The position numbers and the translations under genes are program-made. This document shows positions 12,778 through 26,130 of a stretch of 64,000 nucleotides of DNA, in pieces. Position 1 is the first letter of the stretch. Each line of letters begins with the position of its first letter. A model generated the notes under the pieces. The model did no database searches. It saw only the letters and a program-made list of their open reading frames with translations, and was not told the origin of the DNA. The stretch covers positions 113,772,001-113,836,000 of the forward strand of contig NC_045696.1 of NCBI RefSeq assembly GCF_009834535.1, given 5' to 3'. The stretch is from Camelus ferus. Its lineage: Eukaryota.

Positions 12778-14708
12778 GAGGCCTACGTGAGTTCCTGTTT
12801 ATCATGAGGTCCTTCTGCTCATAGACAGCCTTCTGTAAGCTCCAGGTACTCTGTCTATTGCTTTGTGGAGGCTCTTTCCCTGGCCCCAGGTGGCTTCTTC
12901 TGACACATGTGCAGATTCCGATCCCTTTTCAATCTCTGGAGCCTTCTCTCTGTGCAGTCCCTCTTCTTGGATCTCTGCCCCACAAACACAAGCCATCTTG
13001 GTCTTCTAAAACTTCCATCTCTGTCCTCAACTCAGTGAGCAAGCTGGGCTCTCCTGTGTCTTCCCCTCTGTCCTGCGCCCTGGAAGCTCCTCCAGGCAGT
13101 AAGCTGGGGCAGCGGGAGGAGGGCGCACTTGACTTGTTCCTCTTCTTTCAGGGATGGCAGTCCTGGGCTGACTGTTGCCCAATTTCTAGTTTTCTAGTTA
13201 TTTAAGCCAACAGTGTAATTCTGGTTCCTGTTATTTCTTCATGGCCAGAAGCAGAAATCCATTCTGATGTATTTTTAAAACATTACAAACAATCTGGATA
13301 ATAAAGTGTATCTAGTTCAGTAATTATATTTACTTAAACCTCAGTACAAATAGCCAGGTTTCACCCCTATCTTAACCAGACGTAGTCTCTGGTCCTCAGG
13401 AGTCTGCTATCCAGTATAAGGCTCTGACATGTTTTAAGCTGTCTTTAGACCTGAGACTTGTATTTTATACAAGTAAGAGTAAAGGAACACTAGGGATGGG
13501 AGTAAAGATGAACAAAGGTGTGGGCATGAAACACGGCAGTTTCCCTGGGAGTCTGGCTGGATGGGGTTGCCTGAGGGCATGCAATTTGTACGTTATGGGT
13601 GCTGGGAATAAAGAAGCACATGTATACTTCATTTAATACATGACAGGGGATAACACCGAATAATTTAACTTCTCCAGATGATACAGGAGGATCCTGAAGC
13701 AGACTGAAATCATTACATCATTAAGTTCAAAATATTCCATATACTGATACTCAAGAGTCTTCAAAGTCTTTGCGGATCCAGTGCCTGTTGCATGTTTACA
13801 ATGACGCTGCAGCACAGTTGGGGCAGAAGCACCGTCTTTGCTTCACGCAGAGAGCACTGACGTATCTAGTGAGTGAGAGGGCGGGCAATACTCCAGCCTT
13901 CCTGGCACCTTCAGAACTCACTATAATCTGGTTCCTCTGGCTTAATCTTTTTTAACATTGCAAAGTATAACTTCCATTGTGTTCATGATCTATCTGGCAT
14001 TGGGGAGACTAGCAAGGGGTATCATGAGGTTTGCTGAAAAGATGTAGGCAAGGGTGTGTCACTAAGACTTAGAGAAGTCAGGCATAAACGCAGTGGAGTT
14101 CAGGGCAACAGCTAAGAGCTAAACAATAAAAACCACCTTCCACTATGGACCAACTCCAGTGTTTTCATTTAAAAACCCTGCCATCCGTATACAGGACAGG
14201 GATGTTAAAAACATCAGAATGAGATCATCATGCTGTGTGCATGATACTGCTTTGGCAATGGTACTGACAGAGCATAGGACTTTATTTTAATACATTTTCC
14301 AAACTCAATTAAAAAAATTAACTGTTTCCCTGGAAAAAGAGGCCATGGCATTAAGGAGATGTGCACGGGCTGAGAATGGCACCAACTCCAACATTACTCA
14401 TGGTGTTGGGCACAGTGTCAGAGCTGACACCATACCCCTTTTGAGAGCTGTGGGCCACTCCCGCCCTGGCACACCGGAAGAACAAGAGTCATCACCTGGC
14501 ACATGAAGTGAAATGGAATATCCCAAGGTGACACTAGGCCAACAGACACTACAGGCAAAGTCATATGGTTATAGAGATAAGAACAAGTAAAGCTTTTAAA
14601 AAATAAAAATAAATCAAAACAATAGTTTGGACTTTTTTCATCCTTTAAAAAAACATTTTACTGAGTAAAAGGGAAGTTAAAAAAAGCTGAGTTAAGAGGG
14701 GAGCAGCA

Positions 14709-15640
14709 TGGGGAAAAGACAGGCTCTTCAGTCAGTGGTGCTGGGAAAACTAGACATCTACATATACAGGAATAAAAATAGAACATTTTAAAACACCATA
14801 TACAAAAATAAACTCAAAATGGATTAAAGCCCTAATTGTGAGACTGGAAACCATAAAACTCCTAGAAGAAAACATAGGCAGTACACCCTTTGACCTAAGT
14901 CTTAGCAAAATTTTTTTGGATCTATTTCTTCAAGCAAGGGAAACAAAAGCAAAAATAAACAGATGGGACCTAATTAAAGTTAAAAGCTTTTGCACAGCAC
15001 AGGAAACCACTGACAATATGAAAAGACAATTTACTGAATGGGAGAAGCTTTTTGCAAATGATATGTTTGATAAGGGGTTAATATTCAAAAAATATAAAGA
15101 GCTCATACAACTCAATATCAAAAAAAAAAAACAAAAAACAAAAAACCCCACAACTCCAAACAACCCAATTAAAAAAAGGACGGAAGACTTGATAGACATT
15201 TTTTCCAAAGAAGACATACAGATGGCTAACAGGCACATAAAAAGATGTTCAACAACATTAATCATCAGAGAAATGCAAATCAAAACCACAATGAGTTATC
15301 ACCTCACACCTGTCAGAATGGCTAGCATCAAAAAGACAACAGATAACAGATACTGGCAAGGATGTGGAGAAAAGGGAACCCTTGAACACTGTTGGTGGGA
15401 ATGTACATTGGTGCAGTCACTATGGAGAACAGTATGGAGGGTCCTTAAAAATTAAAAATACAATTACCACATGACTCAGCAATTCCACTCCTGGGTATGT
15501 ATCTGAAGAAGATGAAAACACTAATTCAAAAAAATACATGCACCCCACTGTTTAAAAGAGCATTATTTACAATAGCCAAGATATGGAAGCAACTTAAGTG
15601 TCCATCAACAGATGAATGGATAAAGAAGTTGTGGTATATG

Positions 15641-15671
<31 letters not shown>

Positions 15672-16106
15672 ATATATATATAATGAAATATTATTCAGCC
15701 ATAAAAAAGAATGAAATTTTGCCATTTGTAGCAACATGGATGGACCTAAAGAATACTATACTTGGTGAAGTAAGCCAGACAGAGAAAGACAAATATGTGG
15801 AATCTAAAAAATTAAAAAATGAATATAACAAAACAAAAACAGACTCACAGATATGGAGAACAAACTGGTGGTTACCAGTGGGGAGAAGAGTGAGGGGAAG
15901 GGCAAGATAGAAGAAGAGGATTAAAAGGTACAAAATACTATGTATAAAATAAATAAGGTACAGGATATACCATATAGCACAGGGAATATAGCCAATATTT
16001 TATAATAACTTTAAATGGAGTATAATTTATAAAAATATTGAACCACTATGTTGTACACTTGAAACTAATATAACATTGTAAACTGACTATACTTCAATAA
16101 AAATAA
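14709..16106 (+). mobile_element. 5'-truncated L1 (ORF2 C-terminus + 3'UTR)
   Basis: ORFs 14838-15455 and 15497-15910 give L1 ORF2 peptides ([25 protein letters not shown]); TSD AAGAGGG(A)GAGCAGCA at 14694-14708 and 16107-16122. Confidence 0.95.
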
Positions 16107-17090
16107 AAGAGGGAGAGCAGCAGGTAATCAATAAGGATTGAAAAAAAAAAGAAAGAAAGAAAGAAAGAAGAAGAATCAGCAGAAAGACCAAGAGGCTGGA
16201 AATACAGATAAAATAGAAGAGACCAGCTAGTCGGAAAATGAGAAGGAATAACCAAGGTTACATATTCAGCACAAAGCTCTGTCCTAAAGAAATAAATACG
16301 TGCAGGTCCACTTCACCTGCCCTGTATCCAGCTCGGTGATTCCCAAGGAGGATAGGGAAATCCTTCAGGGAGGGAGGGAGAAGTTAAACCAGAGCCTGGG
16401 GTGAAGATGGGGTTTGTGCAGAGGGTTTTGTTTCTAAATTATAATGCACAGGAAGTAAAACAGAGCAGTGGCCCTGGGTTAACAGTGACAGGCCAAAGAT
16501 GAGTAAGAAAGCTTTCAAGAAGTTCCAGTATCGACCTCTTTCAAAAGATGATGTGGGCTGGTATCCTTTTTGGATAACCTCTGATGTGGTTCACTGTCTT
16601 CCTCCTAATGGCTTTTGCTACCAGGATTTCTGAAAGAGGTGTCTCCCCAAGGCGGTCACGAGCAGGCTGATGTGGAATGTGGCTCATGCGGAGGTGGCTG
16701 TTTCTGTTTGCAGGAGGAGAGAGTCGAGTGCTTCACCTGGAGAGCATCACTCCTCCCCTCAAGTCTGCTCCCAGAGCAGCTTCGTACAAACCCTCTGGGT
16801 TTCATACAGACGCTGTAAAGAGTCAGGGTGATCACAGCCGGGACTCCTCAGTGCTGCTGGGGTGGTGTTGGTGGCCTCAGAAGGTGGTCCCCCCGAGAAC
16901 CCACCTGAAGTGGGAACGTGGCAGCCACCTGGGAACTTGTACCAAGAGAGAAAAACCATCAGGGGCCCACTGCCTCCAGGCAGACAGTTCTTTCCACGTG
17001 TGTGAGTGTGTCTGTGTGTGTGTGGGGGGAATGAACGTCCTGGAGGGTGGTTCATGCTGTTCTCACATTTTAAACTGTATTCACTTAAAA

Positions 17091-17264
17091 CTTTTTCTTT
17101 TTTTTTTTTTACTGAAGTATAGTCGATTTACAATGTTAGTTTCAGGTGTACAGCAAAGTCATTCAGTTATAACATACATATATATCTATATATTTTTTCA
17201 GATTCTTTTCCATTATAGCTTATTAGAAGAAATTGAATGTAGTTCCCTGTGCTGCACAGTAGGT
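17091..17264 (-). mobile_element. L1 3'-end fragment
   Basis: Poly(T) then TGAAGTATAGTCGATTTACAATGTTAGTTTCAGGTGTACAGC; TGTATTCACTT duplicated at 17076 and 17265. Confidence 0.85.
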
Positions 17265-17332
17265 TGTATTCACTTCTTAAATTTACATAAAGTAAAATCC
17301 ATATTATGTCATTTGTAAACCAGGTAAAGTGT

Positions 17333-17520
17333 TTTTTTAAAAAATATATTTTTATTGAAGTATAGTCAGCTTACATTGTTGTGTCAGTTTCTAGTGTACA
17401 GCGCAATGCTTCAGTCACACATGAACATACATATATTCATTTTCATACTCTTTTTCACCATAAATTACTACAAGATACTGAATATAGTTCCTTGTGCTAC
17501 ACAGTATGAACTTGTTTATT
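17333..17520 (-). mobile_element. Second L1 3'-end fragment
   Basis: TTGAAGTATAGTCAGCTTACATTG..TGAATATAGTTCCTTGTGCTACACAG. Confidence 0.85.
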
Positions 17521-20369
17521 GGATTTTGTGAGAATCCTCCTGTACTTCGAAGCCAGGTGCGTGTTGCTGACGATAAATATGATTAGAATGAGTCCCTCTA
17601 CCAGTAACAAGCCTTCTGTATTAACAACCCCCAAATTATCAACACACACTGAATGGGGACCCAAGACTGAACTGCAAAATAAATGAACCAGCAAAGAGAT
17701 AGTATTTAGAGTGTCAAAAGTGGCTGTAGTGAAGATCTAAGGGAATTACACACATGCTAGCCAGCTACTTAATAATCTCATCATTTCTACAGATTTTAAG
17801 TGATAGAAAAGACCCCTGGAGCAAATCCTTGCTTGGGAATCACACTGGAAACCTTCCTGTGTGTGCGGAGACCCAGAGACGACAGAACAGCTGGGCAACA
17901 ACAGACAGGAAAAATGTCTTCTTGTTGGAACAAACTGCTTAGCAAAGCCTGACACAGTTCTGTCTCTCCTGACAGAAGCTGTAAATAAGTCCAAATAGTG
18001 AGCGCTGGGTCGTTATGAAATGTGCTCCTCGAACCTCCCATAGCAAGACTTTAATCTTGCCAAAAAAGACCTCACTTTGCCAAAAAAGAGCCAGACGACT
18101 TGCAATAAAATACATATGCTTAATAAAACAATTGCAACAGAAACAGAGTAAGTCCTAACACAGAATGTGGAGAGAGGTGTAGTAAAGAAGCACGTATAAT
18201 TAGCACGCACACTAATTACACGGGTTAATGTAGTTACTGTGACTAAGCATTAAATTAGGGCTGCGCTACCTGATGACTAAAGTAAAAAAAAAAGTGACTA
18301 CAGAAGAAAGGAGCACTAATTTTAAAGAGTGACAAACTTTTTATTGGTCCTAAACTATTAAAAAAAACCCACAACACTGGGTGAGGTTATCGAGGGGAAA
18401 AGGAAAGACCCTGATCTTGTGTAATTCTTTCCCTGTCACTTAAAAAACATTATTTTACTCTAGAAAGAGAATCAGTGAGTCCTTTTTCACTGCTGTTAAC
18501 TTAAGTTTTAAATTATCTTCATTTAACAATGATAAAGAATCATTCTTTGGAAACAGAGTTCTAAGCAAGAGGCACATTCCCACAGGAGTAAAGGTGGTGT
18601 TTGTTTACACTGCCGGTCTGCTTCGCTTTTCAATTTCTTATTTGTGTTTTCAGAGCCTTTCGCTGACAATGGCAGAACAGACATTTCAACAGTTCTAGTC
18701 AATTCCCCAAAGAACATCAGAAGCCAAAGATTTGAAGATAATTTAAAGGGAGGAAAAAACCTCAAGTACAGGCAACTTGCGACGTTTTAACACTAAGAAA
18801 TACATTCGTTAATTGATTTCAGTGGAGGAAGACTTCAGGTTTGAGGAAGTGTAGAAATTTCTAAGTACTGATTTAGACCACCTAGTCATTTCCTTGGTGT
18901 TCCTCTAAACAAAAAATAGATCACTGCTGATTTCTAAAAAGGAAAACCCCCAAGTGACATTTTCTAAAAAGTAAACTAAAGAGAATTTTCCTAGTAAGTT
19001 AATATATATACAGCAACTTTTTAATGAGATCAACTTCCAAACCAATAAATTAGAGGTTATTATTGCAGGCACAGCAGTAGACTTTTTAGCAAAATTTTTA
19101 GCAACAGCAAATCCACGTCTAGATTTTGTATTAATTAAGGGACCATAAAATATGCATAGGGAAATGCTAAGTAGAAGCAGGTCAAAGCCAGGGCTAAGAG
19201 TTGAGGTCACTGTATCTAAATTTATACCAGATTATAATGAGACAAATTTAACTGACAAATATACTTTGCTGAGTCCCACTGAATTGGAGTTTGCAGAGCA
19301 AAGAGCCTCAAAGGAAAATCAAATACTTATCTTTAAAGGATAGTTGATTTAAGAAAAATTTAATAAGCATGTATTATTTTTATGAGGAAAAAACGATAAA
19401 GTTATTTCCGTTTTGAAAAAAGAAAAAGCCAGCACAGATACACAATCAAGGACTACATACATCTAGAACCCTTTTTTCCCCCACCTTAAGATATCCTTTC
19501 CCCCAGAACACTATGAATACACACATGGCCAGAGCTGAGTACCCCAAATACAACTCCTGTAGAGAAATCAAAGGCTTCTCTTTGCCTAGTAACGCTAACT
19601 GCAACTTTTAAGTCACCTTTCCAGAGAATTAAACAGACAAGCAAACAAAAACCTCCCCTGAAGAGTAACCTTTCACCTAAAAACTTTTACCCAATTGAAC
19701 ACAGGCTATTTTGAACTCAGATCTGATTAGTCTCGACTCTAAGCTATCGACAGTATTCTGAATGTGACTCCCCTGAAAGGATGTGTTCTCTGCACAGAAC
19801 TATTCCGGAAAAGGCTGAAGTTACAATGGGCCAGCCATCTGTGACCCTTGCCTAGATAAAAACTGTCCACGTCCCTCAGGTAAATGCACCCTCTTACAGA
19901 GGATCAGGCGTGGCTGGCACTCTTCTGTGTCTTTGCCCCAGGGATGCAGGCTTATTTATTCATGCACTGTAGGGTGAGTGCTCTTTCCTAGAGTTTATCT
20001 TATAAAAACCTAAGGCTGGCATTCAAAGCTGGATATAGTATAAAGGCATCTCCTCCACGCCTCCATTTATTCTAATTTCTCTTGTGTATTTGAATTAGAC
20101 TGAGTACAAACATGTTTCCATTAAGGGAGCCAGTCTGTGCCAAAAATCAGTTGCTGGAGAGCGCGTGTGGCCACGATGCTCTGAATAAAAGGCGACAAGG
20201 TGACACTCTCGCTGGTGTGAAGTTGCCCTGACAGGTGCTACCTACGCACACACTGGGCCAGCTTTTGTAGGCTGGCCTAGGCACTTGAATATTGTAACAA
20301 CATGATTTATCTGGGGAGATGTCCTCACAGGAAAGGCAATGCTGAGTGCTGAATCAGGGGAAAAAACTG

Positions 20370-20466
20370 TTTTGTTTGTTTTTTTTCTAATAGAGGTACT
20401 GGGGATTGAACTTAGGACCTCACGTGTGCTAAGCACACACTTTATGCTGAGCTATACCCCTACCCC
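20370..20466 (-). mobile_element. Camelid SINE, short form
   Basis: T-rich tail + GAGGTACTGGGGATTGAACTTAGGACCTCACGTGTGCTAAGCAC..TGAGCTATACCCC. Confidence 0.9.
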
Positions 20467-21175
20467 CAAACTCTGGTATTTTTAAGAAAAAATAAATGGG
20501 GGCATTCATCACTCAAGTTTAAAAATGCTTCATTTGGCTTCTCCATTGTATACTTTTACGCAGAAAATTTTTCAAATATATCTAAAGTATTTTGCTTTAC
20601 AATTTTTTTCCTCCAGGACCACACCTGTCATGGAAAGAAATATGCCTACAGTTCAAAGGAACTCTTATAATGCTTATTATGAAAGTTCTTCACCAGTATT
20701 AACACAACCAGAAATGCAACACCTGTAACGAGCATTAGGCTCCAGCATCTCTTAAAAGACAAACATACAGAGAAGAAAAGAGAAAGAAGTTATCGCTGTT
20801 GTGTAGGAATGACACAACATCTCGGTCCGATATTTTAGAAACATCTTCTCTTAAAATAAGAATTACTGCACGTGCCATTGCTGACAGCACCTGGCCCAGG
20901 CCTGGTGCTGAGTGGAAGGCTGAGTTAGAAGGTGAGGGAAAGTAAAGACAACTGCTGAGTAGTGAAGGATGCCAGACATTGGTAGGGTTAATGTTAATTC
21001 TTCAAATTTTCATAATTATGGTATTTCTCCCAAGACACAATAAGATCTCAAATATCCAAATTAAAAAAGCAAAATGTTAATCAATCATCTGATGTTTTGT
21101 CCACACAAGTAAATTTCTGGATGATTAGAAGAGTTTTATTATGTTGTTTCAGAATTCTAAAATTTCTTGTATTAA

Positions 21176-21402
21176 TCTAAAAAAAAGACAAAAAAAGAAC
21201 ACTATGAACTCATCTACAAAACAGAAACAAACTTGCAGACACAGTAAACAATCTTATGGTTACTGGGAAAAGAGGGTGGGAAGGGATAAATTTGGGGAGT
21301 TTGAGATTCACAAATGTTAGCCACTATACAAAAAAAACAGATTAAAAAAGGTTTCTTGTGTATAGCACAGGGAACTATGTTCAATAAAAAAATAAATAAA
21401 AC
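21176..21402 (+). mobile_element. L1 3'UTR fragment ending at a premature A-tail
   Basis: Same subfamily as the copy at 33620-34214; TSD AAAATTTC(TT/CC)GTATTAA at 21159-21175 and 21403-21419. Confidence 0.88.
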
Positions 21403-21816
21403 AAAATTTCCCGTATTAAAACACTGTAGTACACTGTAATGATTTCAAATACATATTATTTAAATAATTTACCTTCATTTCTCCTTAAAAAAACAAGACT
21501 TTACTCAGTGGCCTATCTTCCACAGCAACACAGATTGCACCCTTCAGTAATAAATATTAACAATTCTGAGGCAACAACCCGTTCTGAAGTTGACTGTAGC
21601 ATCTCTTTTAAACAAGGCTGCCATGGAAATTAATGGTATAAAGCAGTTACCATCTGAGAATAGCTAGCCTGTGTGAAAAAAGTCCTCGCTAACTTTTAAG
21701 AATACCCGAGCCCCAAATAAAGCTAAGTTTTGAATCTCTATTAGGTGAGGGATACGTTAGGGTTCATTATAACCTTTTTCTCTACTTCTGTGAGCATGGA
21801 AAGCCCGCTTTCACCT

Positions 21817-22067
21817 GTAGAGCACAGGGAACTATGCTCAGTGTCTTGTAATAGCCTACAATGGAAAAATGCCTGAAAAAGAATGTACAGATGTACATAA
21901 ATAACTGAATCACTTTTCTGTACTCTTGAAACTAACACAACTATATTGTGTAAATCAACTATACTTCAATTTAAAAAAACTACAGTTGTAAATCAACTAT
22001 ACTTCAATAAAAAATCAACTATACTTCAATTAAATAGTAACTCAACTATACTTCAATTAAAAAAAAC
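21817..22067 (+). mobile_element. L1 3'-end fragment with quadruplicated terminal motif
   Basis: GTAGAGCACAGGGAACTATGCTCAG..; TCAACTATACTTCAAT occurs four times; TTCACCT flanks both sides. Confidence 0.88.
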
Positions 22068-25000
22068 TTCACCTCTTTCCTTGGTAAAGTGGAGTCCACT
22101 GGCCATCTAGTTTAAATGTTTTACTAGTATTTCCTGTATGCACTTAAAAGTATTAGGTCTTCACTCATTTAGAATTTCCCACCATTCATTAAAGAATTAC
22201 TAATCAGGCTGACCTCTGAATCAAAGTGAAATGGTGAGATCTTTACTGTACATGCTGTCATGGGAATCAGAATCCTACAAAGGGCGAATGGACGGACAGC
22301 TCTCTAACTAACGGTCAAAAAGAGACAGAGGCGGAACTTTGAGTGCTGGCCTTGGAGTTCCGCCCGCCGCTTTAGGAAAGCTGTCACACAGCGCTTTCCG
22401 GGTCACAGCTATTCCCTAGGCCAGAGGTAAGGAAATGGAAGTCAGAAAAAGAAACAGGACGATCATCAATACAGGCTGTATTTTCTTCTTTGCCAGTCGG
22501 AGCAACTTCCCCAAAGGCCCTTTTCTTCAGTTAAGACATGAAGGTGAAACTTTACAGGCACGTTTTAAGTGCATCGTATCCCATATAGCAAGAACTCTGG
22601 TAAAGTCGTTTTTACTATCTTTAAAAGAACCAAACCGACTAAGGAGATACATTTATGAAAGCAACAAAGTTTTTCTAGGTCAGCATTTCTGGACAATGAC
22701 CTATCAAAAAAATAATGAACAGCTAATGTTCTTTTTAACCCAGGCAGACTGGATGCTCAGGAAAGACAGCAAAGTGATGGTTAAATAAAGACTTACCTGC
22801 ACAAAGCAGAAACACGGGGGCTGATTAGGACACTTGTACCTACATCTCTCACCTACACACTGAAGTCCCCGCTCCTTTCCTAGCAACCGTGACGCCATGA
22901 GGAGTCCTTTGCACTAGTCTAAACCCATGGTCAGGTCATTTTTGCTTTCCTTTATCATTCTCTATTTCCTAGAAAACCATTCTTTGATAAAATGCTACGT
23001 ACTATGGATCTCTTTCATGATTATATATCAGCACCCCTTGTAAGATAACTAAAGAGTTTCTTTTTATAGAATGACAAGGAAGGGAAACAATCCTTTTAAT
23101 AGTATTTAAAAGTCACATTTATAAATATATAGGCAAGGTGAATATCACAGAATCGCTATTTTCTGTTTTTTTAACCTAATTTATGATAGTATAGAGTGGT
23201 TTCTGTGAAACTTCTTTAGTTCTCAACACTGAAATGTTCTTTTCTTTAATAATGCATATTCCCTGATTTTATTCATCCTTTTCAAAGAAGCCTCAGTTTT
23301 TCTAGAACCTCCACCCCATAGATCATGTTTCCAAACTGATCTGACTAAGCCCATAGGAACTCGTGGGTCAGGAGGAGGCAGTGTCCCAGGACCCGACAGC
23401 TAATACTGAGCTAGAACCCAAAGCCCTTTATACAGTTTTTTGGACTTTATTTACTCTCCTGGTATTTAAAACACCAGGTAGATTAATTAACTACATACAA
23501 CTACAGCTTTGTTTTTCCTTTGGATACGGTGTCCGAGAAGTTAAATGACTACAAATTACAGTCTATCTACATCCATATTTTGGAAGTACTGATTAGAATG
23601 ACTTTTGGAATTAAGCATGTAATATTCTACAAGAGAAGCCAATTCTTCACAAATGAGGAATACAGTTTGAAGTCAGCTATATGTTGTACCATGTATTTCT
23701 AAGGTTTTTACTTGAAAAAAAGAGTTATAGGCATCAGACAAAACCTTATATCTGTAGCCATCTGTAGAAAAAGCAGCTTTTTTTTTTTTGTGCACTTCTG
23801 CTAAGATAGCCTGCTTTGAAAACAGGTAGGCTTATCATTTTTACAGCTTTACCTAAATTTCGGTCAGATAAATAGTCCTCTGCCAGTTTCCAAGGGCAGC
23901 AGTGGAATGGGGTAAGCAGAAGCAAGGCTGCACAGCTGTCATAAGCAATGGCTTCCTCTTAAGTTCCATTTAGGTCCCTGTCATCAGTCTGAGAGCCCAC
24001 ACACTTCGTGCATATAATCCACACAAACACACCTGTGTTGAAATAATTCTATTTTATGGTCCCCACCCCCTCAGTAGTCACAATCAATTAGAAAATTTTG
24101 ATATTTAATAGTAATACCATTTACTATGTATTCACAACCAGGTCAAAGAGAATCAATGAATAACAATCAAAGTTAGGGTGTATCTGAGACAACTGATAGC
24201 TAAGGATTGTATTAGGCATTTAAAAAGAGGAGAGACCTGAAACCAAGGGCTGTGATGCAGGGAATGGAGGGGGCCGTCTGAACACTAAACGGGCCCCGGG
24301 GAGCGGATTCCTCTCTCTCCGTTTGCTCAGCCCATGTGAGAAAAATAAAGTTCTTACCAATGAAGCCTGCAGCTGTGTGCACCCTCGGCTTAATCACTGT
24401 GTAAGGCTGAGGGTTAATTGGCTGCCATTCTTAGCTCTACTTGTTGTTCTAATAAAGATTTGCATAAATCTAAGACTGGGAGTAACTGAGCCTTGATTTT
24501 GATTTGGAAGATGATGTTGAGGGAGTGGAGAGCGCCTCCATCCTGAGTGGGATGTCTGCGGGATGCTCAGAGCATTTTCTCGTGACCTGGCCTGGGCAGT
24601 TCCGCCACTGTTTGAAAAGTGGTGGACAGAGACGGTTGCTCAGGAACGCAGGACCTTCCTGGTCCAGGCTGCACCACAGGCAGCCTATAGTGTGAAGTAG
24701 ATGATAAAGGAATGAAATACATAGGGTTTACTTACAAAGAACTCAGTGTGTATCTCTGAAAGGTAAGGACACATAAAAATTTATGATCACAATTCCGTTT
24801 CATTATGCCTAAACACTTCTGGCAATAATTCCTCAATATCAGATATTCAGTTTTCAAATTTCCAATGATCTCCTAAGAGTCATGTGTTTGAGGAGAAATT
24901 TTTCAGTGATACGATATCAGAACCACACAGAATCAAACAAGCTCGTAACACTTCAGAAAAAGCAAGAGTTGCAGAGTAGAAAGCAGAACTGAGATTAGTA

Positions 25001-25929
25001 AAATAATGCCAGATGATATGCAGATTTATTTAAAAAAAAGATTAGAAATATTTCTGGACATTTCTCTGTGAATAAAGCATCTGGAACAGGAAAACTGTTA
25101 ACCTTGTTTTATCTCCTAATTGTCAGTGTTCTCAGGATAGTTCTTTTTGTAAGAGGGAAAATACCCATTATTCGTAGGCCCAGAGACCATAATATAGGCA
25201 TATTTTAAATAATAAATAACTAGATTTCATAGGAAGAATATGATAAAACATCTAAGAGGTTTTTTTTAAAAGAAACAGCCACAAAATAGCAAAAACAGAC
25301 TTCAAAAGATGAAATCAAACAGAACAGAGCTTCAATTTTATACATGCTTAAGAAGAGTGTTAACAAATAAAAGCATTCTATGAAAAATGGAAATGTGTTC
25401 AGTACTCTAAACTTCAGCAATTCGTGGATTCAACCATGTTCCCCAGGCAGGACCACAGTCAGAGGATCTGGGGAGCTGGCGCTGATCTTCTGAGCTTATC
25501 AACCTCTCCTCCTCTCAGATGCCACTCTGTTCCCCACGAGTGTGTTACAGCCAAACTCTGGCAGCCAGCTGTGTCTGACAAATCAGAGTGCCGTGTCAGG
25601 CTCAATAAACACCACTGTGGAGTGTGAACAGCCCCCTAAGGCCAGCCTGGACCATGGCACTGGGAACAGAATGATTCCCACTGGTGCACCCATCAACTGG
25701 CTGATAACTTTGGACATTTGCCACCTGAAAGATAATCTCTCCCAAGAGAGAATCCTTCCCGAGAGATAACAGAGTAGGCGTGACTAATTCAGGAGTAGGC
25801 TTTTTTACAGATTATAAAATCAGTGCCAAGGAGGTGGTGGTAGAAATTACTCAATACTACTATCTTCTCTCAGTTAAATTCAGCTAAGGAGGTACTGATC
25901 CACCATCTGGAGTCCTAAATACTGTGGCA

Positions 25930-26130
25930 AGTAACATCAATAACAACCCACAACTGTTTGCAAAGGGTTTCACATACACCATCTCATTTTAAACTCACAG
26001 GAATCCTGTGATCTAGGTAGGGCTGCTGATAATCTGTATTATATAAGAAACTGAGGCCGAGGAACATTAAATGATTGGTTCAAGATCACACAAGTAATAA
26101 ACAATGGAGCTGGTTTTCCAATCTACATCT
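25930..26130 (-). mobile_element. MIR
   Basis: ATCTCATTTTAAACTCACAGGAATCCTGTGATCTAGGTA..GAAACTGAGGCCGAG..AAGATCACACAAGTAATAA..GGAGCTGG. Confidence 0.75.

Larger units (their letters stand above)
10700..13260 (-). mobile_element. Old, decayed L1 fragments hosting nested younger elements
   Basis: Antisense L1 motifs (TTGCTATTATAAATCATGCTG, TACATTCCAACAAACAATG, CACTGGGTATAGAATTCTAGGTTGACAG); boundaries approximate. Confidence 0.65.

Noticed and set aside
14838..15910. 205-aa and 137-aa ORFs as host genes or an active L1
   Set aside because: They are frameshifted fragments of a 5'-truncated L1 ORF2, lacking endonuclease and RT.
16677..17318. 213-aa ORF
   Set aside because: Runs through a GT repeat and antisense L1; no recognisable domain.
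21955..22057. CRISPR-like repeat-spacer array
   Set aside because: The repeat is the L1 3' terminus, spacers are short and A-rich, the DNA is mammalian and there are no cas genes.
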